NCBI RefSeq assembly: GCF_018350175.1
Contig: NC_058368.1
Coordinates: forward strand, 167,402,001 to 167,466,000
Source: Felis catus
Lineage: Eukaryota
DNA length: 64,000 nt
Reading direction: 5' to 3'
Shown here piece by piece: positions 11,163 to 24,339 of the stretch. The position numbers and the translations under genes are program-made. The notes under the pieces are model-generated. The model did not search any database. It saw only the letters and a list, made by a program, of their open reading frames with translations, and was not told where the DNA came from. The stretch's first letter is position 1, and each line of letters starts with the position of its first letter.

Positions 11163-14100
11163 ATGAAAGGGCCATTCTAGTTAATTAAAAGAAGGAAAAT
11201 TCAGTATGGCAACTAGTTCTTTTTTTTATCAACTCAATTACTAAACATGAATTATGCATTTTATGGTAGGTCTTGATGTCCCAGAAGCTGCCTGAAAGGT
11301 TGGATATAAAAAGCACATTTCACAGCTATTGATAGCAAAAGTAACAACTGAAGTTGGGATTTCAACTAGAAGGTCTATTTGCAGACATGTGTGTCTTAGT
11401 TTGTCTTCAGTGTTTATCTTCAGTGTTTACCTGATGACATGCCACAGCTAACCGTAGTTTTGATTATACCTTTAACACTATTGTTAATATCCCTCTCCTT
11501 ATTTAACTCGTCTACAGAGAGTGATTCATGACTTGGACTCAAACGAAATAAAGACACAGATAAGGAACAGTCAACAATTTGCCTTTTCATTTAAGTTACC
11601 AACAGTGCCCCAGCTTTGTCCCCAGACAGGGACCAAACATTGCTTCCTGACCAGAGTCAGCAAGAACCATGAAGACTTCCCTCGTTCTAACCAAAGAATT
11701 CATCTGCAGACTGAAAGAAGCACCATCTAGTACTTGAATACTCTGGTCCTTTACCAACTTCAAATGGAAGGCCTCCACTTACTCTGACGCGGTCCTTGGT
11801 TCCTCTCCACTCTGGTAAGTAGATGTGCCCTAGCTTTCTTTCTCAGTGGATGGTTCCTCATGCCATTGACCTTACGTCCTCCTCTGCCCCATATGCTCGT
11901 GTACTGTGGATACTGACAGCTGGGAGGGCTAACCGCGAAGGGCACGTGGGCAGCGCCCCGGGTTTCGGGCTGCAAAGGAGCAGCACGGTAACCATCCTTC
12001 TTTGAGCTCCTCTTTAGCCCCTTTCCCCTGCGGTGTGCCTCCTCTCCCTCCTTCCTCATCTGCTAAAGCCAAGATGCATTTCATTTTAGTAACTGGAAAA
12101 GGAAGGGTATGGTGCATATTTAAAACATTCTAAATTGGCCTTTAGCATATGTTGCTGGCACAGCAGAGAGCCTGCTTCCAGGGAAATATGTACTGAGGTA
12201 TTTTATCAAGCAGCTCCTGAGTGAAGTTTCTTCACTCCATAAATATAGAAACAGCATTTCTGAAGGGAGACAGAGTAGTTATTAGAGGTTAGGAAGCTGT
12301 GAGACACTTTTATCCCCCTTTCATGTAGTGTTTTAAAGGATTCAGTAATGAAAATGTTATTTCTCATGAACTGGATAGTTGATTATTACATTTTAAATGC
12401 ATTTTAATCTGTCAAAGGGGTGATTGTCTTAATGTTCCTATTTGAACAGAACTACAATGTCACTTCTTTAATTACAAGGCAACTTAATGTATTACATTCT
12501 GAAATTGAAATGTAAAAGAAGGATATGATTTATGGTCAAAGATTAAGGAAATTTATCAGCTTAGGGTTCCTCCCAAATTTCGAACTAAATCTAGAGTGAA
12601 TATATCTTGGCAGCACGGTCTTTTGACTCTACTCTTATTGATTTAAAGGCTAATTTCAGAGTAAGATGTCTCTTCTTAACCAGAAGAATTTCTCATTTGT
12701 CCTGGAAGTCCTAATGGGCCCTCGACAGACATGGGGTTTGGTTTATAAACACGTTTCGCGAGGAGATGGGCAGGATGGCAGTCTCTGTCGCAAACATGTC
12801 TCTCCTTGTCTCCTTCTGTTATTCTCTCAGCACAGAATGCAAGCCTTATGGCTTTCATATCCTGAGTCTGAAGATGCTCTTTTTGTTTTGTTTTGTTTTC
12901 CTGCAGAGGTTAGAGCATGAAATACAAACAGCAAATCAAACTTAGGGTAGATGAATAATAGCACCTGGGGGCTGAAGCAAGATTTGTTTTGCTGGCTTTT
13001 AATGTCTTCTTTCTCTCACGGGCTGAAACATGTCTGTCATCCACATGCATTGGTAACTGACCTTCATTTTTGGCTCTGAGACGGAGTCCTGCACAGTTTC
13101 ACCACTACCAGGCCAGCTGCTAAGGCTCAATGAAGTAAGTATGAATGAGGTTTGATGACCAAAACACATTTCAGCCAGTCGAATCCACTCTTCCAGGCTC
13201 TAGAACATACCAATCCCAACTAAAATTCCCAGAGAAGTGGAGATTTACAGGCTAAAAAATATTCAAGGATGAATTTCAGAAACGTTTCTTACTTATTTTT
13301 GCAGTTAAAGCACTGTATGCCATAACACATACACTTGTATCCAACGGAGCACAAGATACTGACAAAATAGTTAGAACCCGGCGCTGGTGTTCTATCTATC
13401 CATTAATATCAATTCCAATAAAGTTCTTATGCATGCATGTTTTGGTAATTATAAATTCTGCAGCATAAGAGCTTTGCCTTGAATTCAGTAACTGCTGGTG
13501 ATGGGAATAAGATGTAATTTGCGTGGCCAGATATTTGGAATTCATTAGTGCTTTAGTACAGTAACCTGTCACCTTTTTTCTTTCCACGTGTGTACGTGGG
13601 CGTACATGTGCTTTAACAGCAAGCGGTTTAAAAATTTCACAAAACCTCAACTAGCTTTTGTTTGTTGCTTTTCTGCTACAAGTCACATCAGTCTGAATGA
13701 CTTTTTACAATTGGTATCTCCCAAGAGTAACACCTGTTTCAAGTACAAGGCCCACAAAATCTTCTCTCTTCCAGTGTTTTAACTCATTTGGAGTTTGTTT
13801 TATTAGCTTGACTGAGGAGCTCCAAAGGAAACAAAGCATTAAATTGGCAGAGCCTAAACAAGACTTGCCTTCAGGAAGGGACTGGGAGCTTTGGGTGACA
13901 GTCTAATTGCTTCTAAGCCCCCAGAGCGGCCTCACGCGTGGAGTAAGAATGTGTCAACATCAACAGGCTAAGTCAGCCAAAGAATTAACCAGGCAGAGTC
14001 CCACACACCCAACACACTGCAGATCACTAAAATGGCTTTCCAAAAGGGAGTAAAATAAAATAAAGAATCACAGTGTATGTCCTAACAGAGGTCACTTCCA

Positions 14101-15149
14101 CAAAGCAAAACAGGCTCTTTCTTGACTCCTGCTGGTCTGGGGCTTCCTGACAAAGCTGCCCTTCTTGCCCTAAGTTATCCAGAGTTTTACATCATGTCAG
14201 GCACACAGAACAGAGCACCTGCCACATAAACACGGGTCCAAAAGCAGATGCAGGAAATCAGTGAACAGGTTATCCAGACGCTGTCCTAGGAGAACAGGAT
14301 TAAACAAACTGATTCTGTCCAGGGGATGCAGGAGTCAATCAAACAAATAAGCCACCTGCCAAACTGCTTACATACAGGTAGCCCCTTTGTATCTTATGGG
14401 GATGGAGTTACCCAGTGCAATTTCAGGCTACTCCCAGTTTTAAGAGTAATTAACACTAATTAACAATAACTAAAGAGCTATAATAAATGTCATTTCTGTT
14501 AACCAATTCAAATAACAGTTTAGTGGTTCTTAAGTTCCAATATGCGAACAGTGAAATAAATATTTGTCTTCTGTCTTGATCATAACTTACGGGACATTTT
14601 ACCATTAAAGTCTGAAATCTGGCCCTGACTTTTCAAAAATTCAGGGTGGGGGACCCAAGACCTCTGTGGCAAGGAATTAATCTCTCTTATAAACTTATTG
14701 TTAGACAAACAAAAAACAAGCCAGTAAGAAAGAAAGGAAATAACACCCTCTTCTATGCTTGATCTGCACACTGCAAGAGGAGGCATATATTTGGTAATAC
14801 TAGGGCAAAACACTAATAACAATAGTGTTTCATATAAAGCTTTAGGATGCAAAGCAAACATTGTTGCTGGTCCTATGCAAATTGGCATGAGAGAAGAAGT
14901 TACTTTCATTTGGTTGGTTATAACCCTGTGAGCAAGTGGATACAAATCTGGAACCAGAAAAGAACCTAAGGTAAGAGAACAGAGATCTGGAGGTGAGCCA
15001 TTAGAGGTGAGGTGGTGGGCATGGTCATGAAAGGTCGTGCAGTCACTCAAGCTCAATACATAGATTTAGAAGGAAACTGGGTCCATGCTGAGAGCAAATC
15101 GCTGTAACAGAAATAATGATCATTACTGTATTTTTATACAGACCTTTTT

Positions 15150-15255
15150 TTAGAGAGAGAGCTCCTTGGAGATAGTGCTGGTGTTTCATCATCTCTGTAC
15201 CCCCAGCACATAGCACAGTGTTTGCACATGGCAGTGACTTGACACATGTCCAAAG
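15150..15255 (+). mobile_element. L2 3'-end fragment
   Basis: gagctccttggag...tcatctctgtacccccagcacatagcacagtgtttgcacatggcag. Confidence 0.7.
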
Positions 15256-15369
15256 AAGGAAACTGTATCTGGAGGATATTTCAGGCAATGCTTAAGAAAA
15301 GAACTGGGTAAAGTGCCCCATACTCTCCTTCTGTGTCCTGGGTCCCAGTACTAAATTCTGAGAAGAGCT

Positions 15370-15770
15370 ACGTAATATTATACGCAAGGGTCAAGATCAG
15401 AAAACAAAATAATGGCCGGCTGCAAAAAGGAAAATTATAATCAGGACCGCGGTTCAAGCAATGCTAGAAAATTATGCCCAGCCGAGTAGACAACTTAAGC
15501 ACCTAAGGCAGAATGAAAGTTTCTCTCTTGTCATTAAGTCCTCTATTCAATTACCATTTATCGGGGTAATTAAACACTGGAAAGTGATGCCAGGCTAATT
15601 GTTAGATTATGATAATTACATGTCTTTGCTATGCTACAGCTGATCAAAATAAGATGTGGTCCCGTGCACTTAGCTGCTCTGTAATCGTCAGACTTTCGTA
15701 GAGCGCTAGGCCATTTATTACTAATTCATTACAAATCAGGCGGAGAAGCTTATTATTTGTAATGCTTCTT
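15370..15770. promoter_or_regulatory. Candidate intronic enhancer / conserved non-coding element
   Basis: No recognisable repeat. About 20 TAAT/ATTA cores in ~400 bp by hand count, retained CpGs, and an E-box CAGCTG. Function and conservation are inferred, not shown. Confidence 0.45.
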
Positions 15771-16559
15771 TTTTCCCCCCACACACAGTCTCCTGGAACA
15801 AGACTCCCAAAAGGTTAAGCACAAACTGTCGCCTCTCATTGGCCCATTTCCATCCCAATTACACAGCTGAGCAGCATTAGGTGCCTCTATTTGAGAGGGT
15901 TCATCAGACTGCTTCACAAAATCCTGCAACCGCCTATCACATTGGCAGCAACATCCAAGGCTCCCTTTCAGCCTCCGCCAACCACTGTTCTGCTCTGAGC
16001 TGTGTCCCAGCAACCACGAGCTAGCAGTCCAGAGGGTCTGTTGCTTCTGAGGCTCCCTTCTGCTCAGGTCAGGCCTAGACCGGGCTGGGATGTGCCCAGG
16101 GTTTGCTCCAGTTAGCAGGAGTCATGGGGGGTACAGACGGTGCCCCTCCTACCAGAACGTCTGGTCTCTGCCACTCAAGCCAGGGTCAGGAGAGGAAAGC
16201 AGCTTTCTCGGGAACTGACCAGAGTCACCTCAAAGCTGCCAAATAGTGACTCAAATCCTTGTCAGGGAAGACTAGGACCAATCCATTATCTTGGGCTTTT
16301 CTGGGAGTTAGTAATCTGTTCTTTCATCCCTCTACTAAATACTCCAGGTCCCTGTTGACAGGTGGGATGGCAAACGGGACCTGAGATTCTTCATTTGGCT
16401 TTATCCTGGGACTTCCCAGCTCTCCCCTGCGATCATCGGAATGAGTTCACATGCGCCACTGCTAGGTGGAGGAGGTGCAGGGTGTCAGGTTAAAAGTTCA
16501 GTAACTGGTACAAAGTTCAAGCCATGGTATGCTCCTCAATTTTAGGATTTTTCCCCCCA

Positions 16560-16880
16560 TTGGGTGCCCTACCCTGATTCATATGCTGAAGTTGCAACCT
16601 CCGACGTGAGCCTGTGTTTGGAGATAGGGCCTTTATGGAGGCAATTGAGGTTAAATGAGGCCATAAGGGTGGGGCCTTGACCCAACAGGATTAGCGTCCT
16701 TCTAAAATGAGTGCCCCCTGACCCCTGCCTCTGCAAGCTATGAACAGTGCTCTTACCAGAAACTGGCCTGCTGGGCCTCCACCTGGGATTCCAGCCTCCA
16801 GAACCACGAGAATAAATTTCTGTTGTTCAAGTCAACAAGTTTCTGGTATTCTGTCATGGCAGCCTGAGCAAACTTATACA
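16560..16880 (+). mobile_element. MLT1A/B-like MaLR solo LTR
   Basis: attcatatgctgaagt...tgtgtttggagatagggcctttatggaggcaattgaggttaaatgaggccataagggtgggg...ccagcctccagaacc...aataaatttctgttgttcaag...tggcagcctgagcaaacttataca, ending in CA. Confidence 0.9.
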
Positions 16881-19800
16881 GGTAGTTTAAAGTTTAATTA
16901 ACAGAAGGGTTTGGGGTGGGATGGTATTGAATTACAACAAAAAAACCCAAAACACTGATGAAGAACAAGGTAACAATGGCTGGGAAGGAAGGGCGTCGGG
17001 GAGGGGAGGGGAGGAAGGGAGCCAATGCCGGCAGCCCCATGGTACCCTGCACACAGGAGACACTCAATATCCATTTGCTGTTCCAAGCAAATGGCCGGTC
17101 TGAGGGGAGAAGGCACCTCATTTTCCTAAGCAAGGATAGTTTCACCTCTGAAATTAACTCACGGCACCATGAAAACGACTGTATTATCACCCAGCAACTG
17201 TGTTATCTCACTGTTTCAGCAAGGCTTTCACCCAAAGATAGAATGAAGGGTGTTACAGAAAAGTCACAGACTCTATTTTACCCTTCCTCGACCCTGGAAA
17301 TTAAAACAGAATATGCCACCGCCTTTCAAAAATCCTGTTAAGTGCATTCTGGGGACAACACCAACCACGAGGTACCTTTGTTAACACCAGAATACATAAA
17401 ACTGTCATTTTATGCACACATTTACTGGTGGCCTGTGGCTTAAGACTGGGGAGCCTAGGAACAAAGGTACTTCGGTTCATCACATAAAAATGGTTTTGCA
17501 CTACTTAGTATTATTATTTCCTCCCACACTCATTAAAAGGATATTCATTCATACAGCTGGATCCTCTATTTACTTTTATAGCCTGGACCACAGAAAGATA
17601 TATGCAAGAATAATGCAATCATAAAAAATAAGAAACTAATTGCTCTATCCCAAGGAAACATAAAGGGGAGAAAGAAATAAACAATTCACCATTTATTTCT
17701 GAGAAATAAATCTAAGCACTTTAGGGGATTCTCAAGTGCCATAATCTCTCTACCTACTTAAATGCTTGTCTATCTCCGTGGCAGAGAATAGAGTTGTTGC
17801 CTTTCCCCTTCCCCTTTCATTTTAATAAGCTCCCTTTTAAAATGTCTACCTTGGAAGAGAACTACAGTTCAAAGCCAATGCACATGACCCTCCTCTTGAA
17901 CTTTCAGAATGTTTGGTCCTGCTACAAGCTCTGAATCAGCCGCTTGCAGGGACTGTGAGGTTTCAGAGGGATGGTTAATGCCAAGACACAAAGATGATGA
18001 ACTAAGAAGGTGATAACGGGCACTTCATGCTGGGTGACAACTCAGCATCATGAGCCTTGAGAGGACAGGGTCACAACTGGCTTTCTTCAGTGCTGGGTAG
18101 TGCAGTCCTAGATCCCGAAGTTTCTTTGACATGCACATTAACATTTTATTGCCCTTCACACTGTTCAAGTCCAAAAGAGAGAGCGAGAATGCAAGTTGCT
18201 GTTAAGTTACAAACTCAGTGTGGATGAGCTAGTCAGGAAAACAGCAAACCTCGTATGAAACACAGAGGGGCTGTTAAATGAGCCTGAGACTCAGCATCGA
18301 ATCTGGATCTAGAAATGGCATTATAGCTCACTGATCACTTTATTTACAAAACAGGACAGTTTCATTTATTGATTATTGATGTTTTAATTCAATATATAGG
18401 TACCTACTCAGTGTATGCCAGATACTCAAAGTCTTAGCCCATTTTGTATTCTAAAAGACACTTTTTCCCCCATTCCACAAACACAGAGCATACTTTTCAA
18501 CCCTATCTGTGGGAAGCAAAGATGTAGGCAAACCAGGAATTCATGTTGATATACTCCAGATTTTCTGTCTCAGAACACTCTGTAGCTGAGAAGAGACTCA
18601 TCACAGCTAAGACCCACCCAAGGATGTTTTAGGAATCCCAGTCATTAAATGAAAAGCCTAAGTCTTGGTCACTGAAAGTGCTCGTTACTATGGTTTTACA
18701 AACACAAGTAGAGAAGGAAACACGTGATACACACTGGTCAAGGAGGCAAGCCTTGGCGCTGTGAACCCCGCCCTGAAGCAGCCCCCATATGCAAGGCTGG
18801 CGGAAGGAAGGATGGTGTCCAGGTTGCAGAAACGCCTTCTCCTTTTGCTTGCGCGGCAATAAAGCTGCGCGGGCACTGCGTTGACCACATGACTGGGACA
18901 TGACCTGAGGCTTACACACACCTCCACGGGGTTTGGAATCTTAAGAAGTTACCAAGTATTCTAAGCCACTACAGGAAATTAACTGGAAATTAGGAATCAT
19001 GGGAAAGGCTTCTTTTAACCCTTTTTTTTTTTTTTTTAGTTTGAATACAAGTTTCTAGGATAAAAGCTGAAGGAATAAATTATAAATTTACATATGCACA
19101 GTAGCACTTCCTGGTAGAGTATTAAATGCATTTTTGTTTATTTTTTAAATCAAGGTGGTGGCTTCGAGATATAATTGATCTCTCTAAAGACGTCAGAGAT
19201 GTTTGGACATGTCTGGAAATATAAAATATTGCTATTCTCTGTTAGACAATTAAGATATTTAAAAATTTATATCACCTAAGAGGAAGCTCTATCGGTTCTA
19301 ATGACTAGAAAAATTTATAGGGAATCTCAAGTTTAAACACATTGCTCCTTTTTTGCTAAATGGCATAGTGTAAGCCAGCGTGCCCAAGCACTCATGGAAT
19401 TAAAAGTGGAATTCTCAGCATTGTATTTGCAGCTAAATATTTATGTGTGCTATTGAATCTAAGAATTCTTCTCACATAAAACTTTCTATAATGGGTTTTG
19501 ACTCAACAACAACCATGATACAGTTACTAGAGTCAAGAGAGAGAAAATCCTAACTTACCACTCCTTACAAACACCAGGTTATTTACTTTTGTACTCCTAG
19601 ACACCACTACTGTGGACCAGTCTTAACCTACAGTGATTATAAATTCCTGAATGCACACAGCATGCATGACATAGGCTTGTAAAGAGATGGCCCCTAGTTT
19701 TCCCTTGGTACATAATACTTGATAATAATTTCACAGGAACACTGCTTCTGCATCAAAACGATAGAGAGAGACACCAGTGGAAGGGACTTTGAGGCACCAT

Positions 19801-22128
19801 CTCTTCCAGCTGTTTCCTTTCAGGACTGTTAATTATCTAGTCTCTTTTAAAAAAATCTCCAGGGAAAGTTTGAGTCTTAAATAGTAGCTCTTCCCAGGAC
19901 CTGTAGATGTCATTCAAAATTCAATGCATAAAGAAATTCTCTATGCAGGGGGACCCAGCTTTCCAGTGTTGATCAGAGAATCTTCCTCACCCCCACTTTA
20001 TAAGAAGATTTAAAAGAAAAATAGAGGAAATTTAGCTCAAGTTTTCCTAGGGAAGTCAAGCTGATTGTATTACTGACTGTCGACGGCATTAGCAATTTCC
20101 AACCGAATTACAAACTGTTTCCCCACATTATATTGCTATTGTTCAATACCATTTTCATTGCCCTAATGAAACAAAGCTATATGATATAACCATAAAGTAC
20201 TGATTACAGTTAACCATAATGGAAGAGAGCTAAGGAAAGACCTATTTTTAAAATATGCAAAGAAAAAGATAAGAAATGCCGATACTCAACAGACATTTTT
20301 TTTTTTAAACTCTTTTTCGCTTTCTGGATTGAGATCAAAACAACACTGACAAATTAATTCTTCTTTCTTTTCCAACAATACAGATGGTATTTCCCCTAAA
20401 ATAGAATTTCTAGAAGACTTCCCAAAGAGCGAAAGTTCTCTAGGTGCTTAAAAAAAAAAAAAAAAAGGTAACATTGTGAATTTTACACATATCTTAAAAA
20501 GTGCCTACTTCAAACCAGAGTATTCCCTAATATCACGAAAGAGGATATCCAATTTTCCCTGGAGTGCAGATTTCTCTCCATCTATAGGTGAGCTCTTTGA
20601 GAAGCGCCATTATGAAGCCAGTAGGGTATTTCTTCTTCAGCCAGGAACACAAACGATCAGGTTGCTGTGCCGGCCTGAAGCTGCCCGAGTGAGACAGCAA
20701 AGCCATGGCGGACATTTCTGCCTTTTAGCCAAGGCAGTGAAGGTTACTTGGCAGCCCCTTGTATACCCAGTTCCTTTCCCAAGACAGAAACAGTAAACCA
20801 AGAGTTGGAAGGAACAGGAAGAAGTGGTAGAGAAAGTTCTTGGATGTTACTAATTATTTACTGTGGCTAGAAGCTGTAGTGCCAGACACTCGCTACCCTC
20901 TGACATTTGTGCCCGAGCCAGCACACCCCACCCCACCCCACCCCCAACAGAGTAGCACTGGTGTAATGAGAAAGCACGCTGCTGATCTCACTCCCTGAGA
21001 ATTCCTTGACCGCCGCTGGTGATGTTTAATGAAGTTACCGTATGATGCTACAGTGGCGGCTGATCTGTGCCTGCCCAGGTCCTCGGCACCCAGCCACTCT
21101 ACATCTGACAAACACTTCCTGCCGTTTGCTTAGTGGATATGGTGTAAATGTACAGTGGAGTACACTGAAAAGGCCTGAATGTCAGGATCAGAGACTGCTT
21201 TCTCCAAGACAAACCCTGGTCACGGAACAAACCTTCCTCTGGAGAGCTTTGTTATTTGTACTGTTATGAGCAACAATAATGACAATGTCATCCATGTGGA
21301 CATAACATGCTGAATTCTACATACTGTATTTGATACACTGATCTGATTTCAGTGGTTCCCAGCAGCCACCTTGAATGCTCAATTTACTTGCATTTTCTAG
21401 TTCCAGCACCCTTGAAAAAAAGGTAAAAATAAATCAAGGCGGTGTCTGTTAGACCTCTTTCAATAACGTGTATTGCTTGAAAGATGGAGAAGTACATGCA
21501 TTTATCTTTTCCTATTAGAGTGCTAATTTATGCAAGTTCATTTGCTTTTTGTGACTATTGATTAGATTCTTGTTGTCTCATCCCCGGCACTCCATTAGAA
21601 TCCTCGCTGACTAAACAATAATGCAAAGCCACACAAAATCTGTACAGATCTTCATATGCTCTTACATCTACAGCCCTATTTAAAAGTTTGCATAAGCTAA
21701 ACAGCGTAAGTGGAAATTATGGGTGCCACGAAAAAGTACTTCACGTTATCACATCAGAGGGAGAGTCTCTGAGAAGATGAGAATACTCACTGGAACAACT
21801 TCTCTTTTCAATTTTAAGGAGTCATGTCTGAACATTTGAAAAGCATCCTGTGCTACTGTAGGCACGCTGAAGTTAAAATAGAAGCGCAATTTGAGATTAC
21901 AGATTATAAAACCTTAAGCAAGCACAGCTGCCGTACGCAGGGCAGGAATGGCTCTCCTTTTTTGTATCCACTCGTGTAAGACAGTCAGGCTTCGAAGTAG
22001 AATAGCCTTTCCTGTGAAAACTAGCAAAAGGGCTAAATCCCCAGAGGAATGATTTTTCAGACGTGGTTTGCTATTTATTTGCTCCCAGTCTCAAAAAGGG
22101 CTTTTTTTGAGTGCTTCATTCTGGAGGG

Positions 22129-22135
22129 GAAAAAA

Positions 22136-22184
<49 letters not shown>

Positions 22185-22187
22185 ATA
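22129..22187. repeat. Compound poly(A)-(TA)n-(TATG)n repeat
   Basis: Direct reading. Confidence 0.9.
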
Positions 22188-23009
22188 CTACCACATATTT
22201 TTCAATATTTATTAGTCTAAATGCCTTATGTTTATGGGTTCAAATAAACAAATCTAATCTGAGTTTTGGGACTAAGGATAAAATCACTTGTTTAAATATA
22301 AAGTCATCCAAAAGCTTTTGATAAGACAAAAGAGTACAAACATTGCCATTATGAGAGATGATTCTTAAAACCCAAAGAGTATTTTAATCCACCGTGTACA
22401 AAGTACACATGTGCTCTATTGAAGGATTTATAACTATCTCTTCCTGTTTTCACTTCGCTGATTTACCTATGTCCAAAAAGGAAGAGGGGATATGCGAAAG
22501 CCCAGTGAGAAGCTGCTGTCGTTCTCCTCCGGGACAATTACCGACACCATGGATGTGACAATGGAGAAATCACAAGATGTTGAGTCTATGAACAGGGAGA
22601 CTTCTCAGCTTATTGAGCATTCTAGAATTGCTCAGGCAGGGATGTTCGACAGGGGCAGAGGGACACCTGGCAGGTGTGGAGTTCAGCCACCTAGACCTCT
22701 CTAAGGATGGTTGCAAATCGTACAAGATGTCCAGAAACACTAATAGGCATTCTCTGAACCACTTGGGAGGTGTCACTAATAAAAAGTGGAAATCAGAGTG
22801 GAAAGAAAATTTCATTTCTAATCCTCCTCGTGGCACCTGGCTTTTTCAGCACATATGGTTTGTAAAGTTTGCTAATGTCTGGTGGTTATCAAGGAAATCA
22901 GAGTTGATTAAAGATATTTCAACTTTATCTTCATTTCCCAGACTTTGCAGGCATCCAACTGATAACTGAGAGGAAACTACTATCTTATTGGTGTGGCAGC
23001 CAGCACAGG

Positions 23010-23245
23010 AAAGAGGTCAAGAGAAAAGGATTGAGAGCCACCTGCCTGGTTTCAAATCTGGGATCTGTTCCTACTAACTGTGTAACCTTGGCAAGTTACT
23101 TTACCTTTCCATGCCTCAGTTTCCTCATTTGTAACATCTGAATAATAACTCTTTGGACATTATTTAGGATTACATGAATGAATTATATGAGTAAACAAGG
23201 ATTGAATGGAACATGCTTGGACAGTGCTTGACAAATAGTATAGGG
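23010..23245 (+). mobile_element. MIR SINE, near full length
   Basis: ctgcctggtttcaaatctggg...tactaactgtgtaaccttggcaagttactttacctttccatgcctcagtttcctcatttgtaa...acagtgcttgacaaatagta. Confidence 0.9.
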
Positions 23246-23463
23246 AAGAGGAATAACTAAGAATTATATTAGTTACATAACTAAGAATATTTTTTGAACA
23301 AAGACAAAGAATTTTACTACTTTGAAAAATGTCTGAAGAATCTCAAAGACGTCTAGAAATAAAAATTGTGATAATCATTGCAACACCTCGAGTAGGTACA
23401 GTGTAATTATAACAAAGTTTTGTTTACAAAGTAATGAACAGTGATTTTCAAAAAGTTTATAGA

Positions 23464-23676
23464 GGAGTGCCTGGGTGGCTCAGTCGGTTAAGCTTCGGAC
23501 TTCAGCTCAGGTTATGATCTCACGGTTTGTGGGTTTGAGCCCCATGCCAGGCTGTACTGACAGCTCAGAGCTTGGAGGCTGCTTCGGATTCTGTGTCTCC
23601 CTCTCTCTCTGTCCCCCTACCCTGCTCACACTCTGTTTCTATCTCTCAAAACTGAATAAATGTTAAAACAAATAAT
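23464..23676 (+). mobile_element. Can-SINE (felid type), antisense to EFNA5
   Basis: ggagtgcctgggtggctcagtcggttaagc...gacttcagctcaggt head, CT tract and aataaa tail. Target-site duplication aagtttataga at 23453-23463 and 23677-23687. Confidence 0.96.
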
Positions 23677-24339
23677 AAGTTTATAGAAATGGGGGATGAG
23701 AACATGCTGACTCTTTGGAGACACTGCCTATGCAGCCCCAAAGACAACTCAGGTGCCCTTTGTAAGTATGTTGGATATATAAATACACTGAGAAGAGATG
23801 GGCAGTTGCCATTGTAGTATGATTTCTAGGACACAAAAGCCATCTTTAAACAGAAATGTCCTCTCAGAAGTGAATTTCAGTTCTTAAATATGTGTAAAGT
23901 GTTATTTTGCCTAGAAGAGAAATCATACTTGCCAGCTAATGCATGAACGTATTTTCATTTTTCTGACTCATTAATACCTGTCACCTTGCAGAGTTAAGAT
24001 CCTCGAGAGACTAAGGCATATGGTGGGTAAATTTTGATGAGAAAGAGGAAGTGGTCTGCAGGGTCTGGAGAAGAGGGTTCAGGAAGCAGACACCAGACAG
24101 AATGACAGGGGTACAGGGTGAAATACTGGAGAAATACTTGAGCTCCCCAATTCCGCTGAGATCAGCTCTACCGATTGTCATCACAATGCATTAGAATAAA
24201 TGACATTTCTCTACAAGAAGGTCTATTTTAACTTAAACTTTAAAATTACACTTCACTTGAGCAATATGATATTAGATTGACCTTCCATTCTTTCTTAATT
24301 TGATTGACTTTTCACATATTTATGCCCTGCCTCTCTTCG

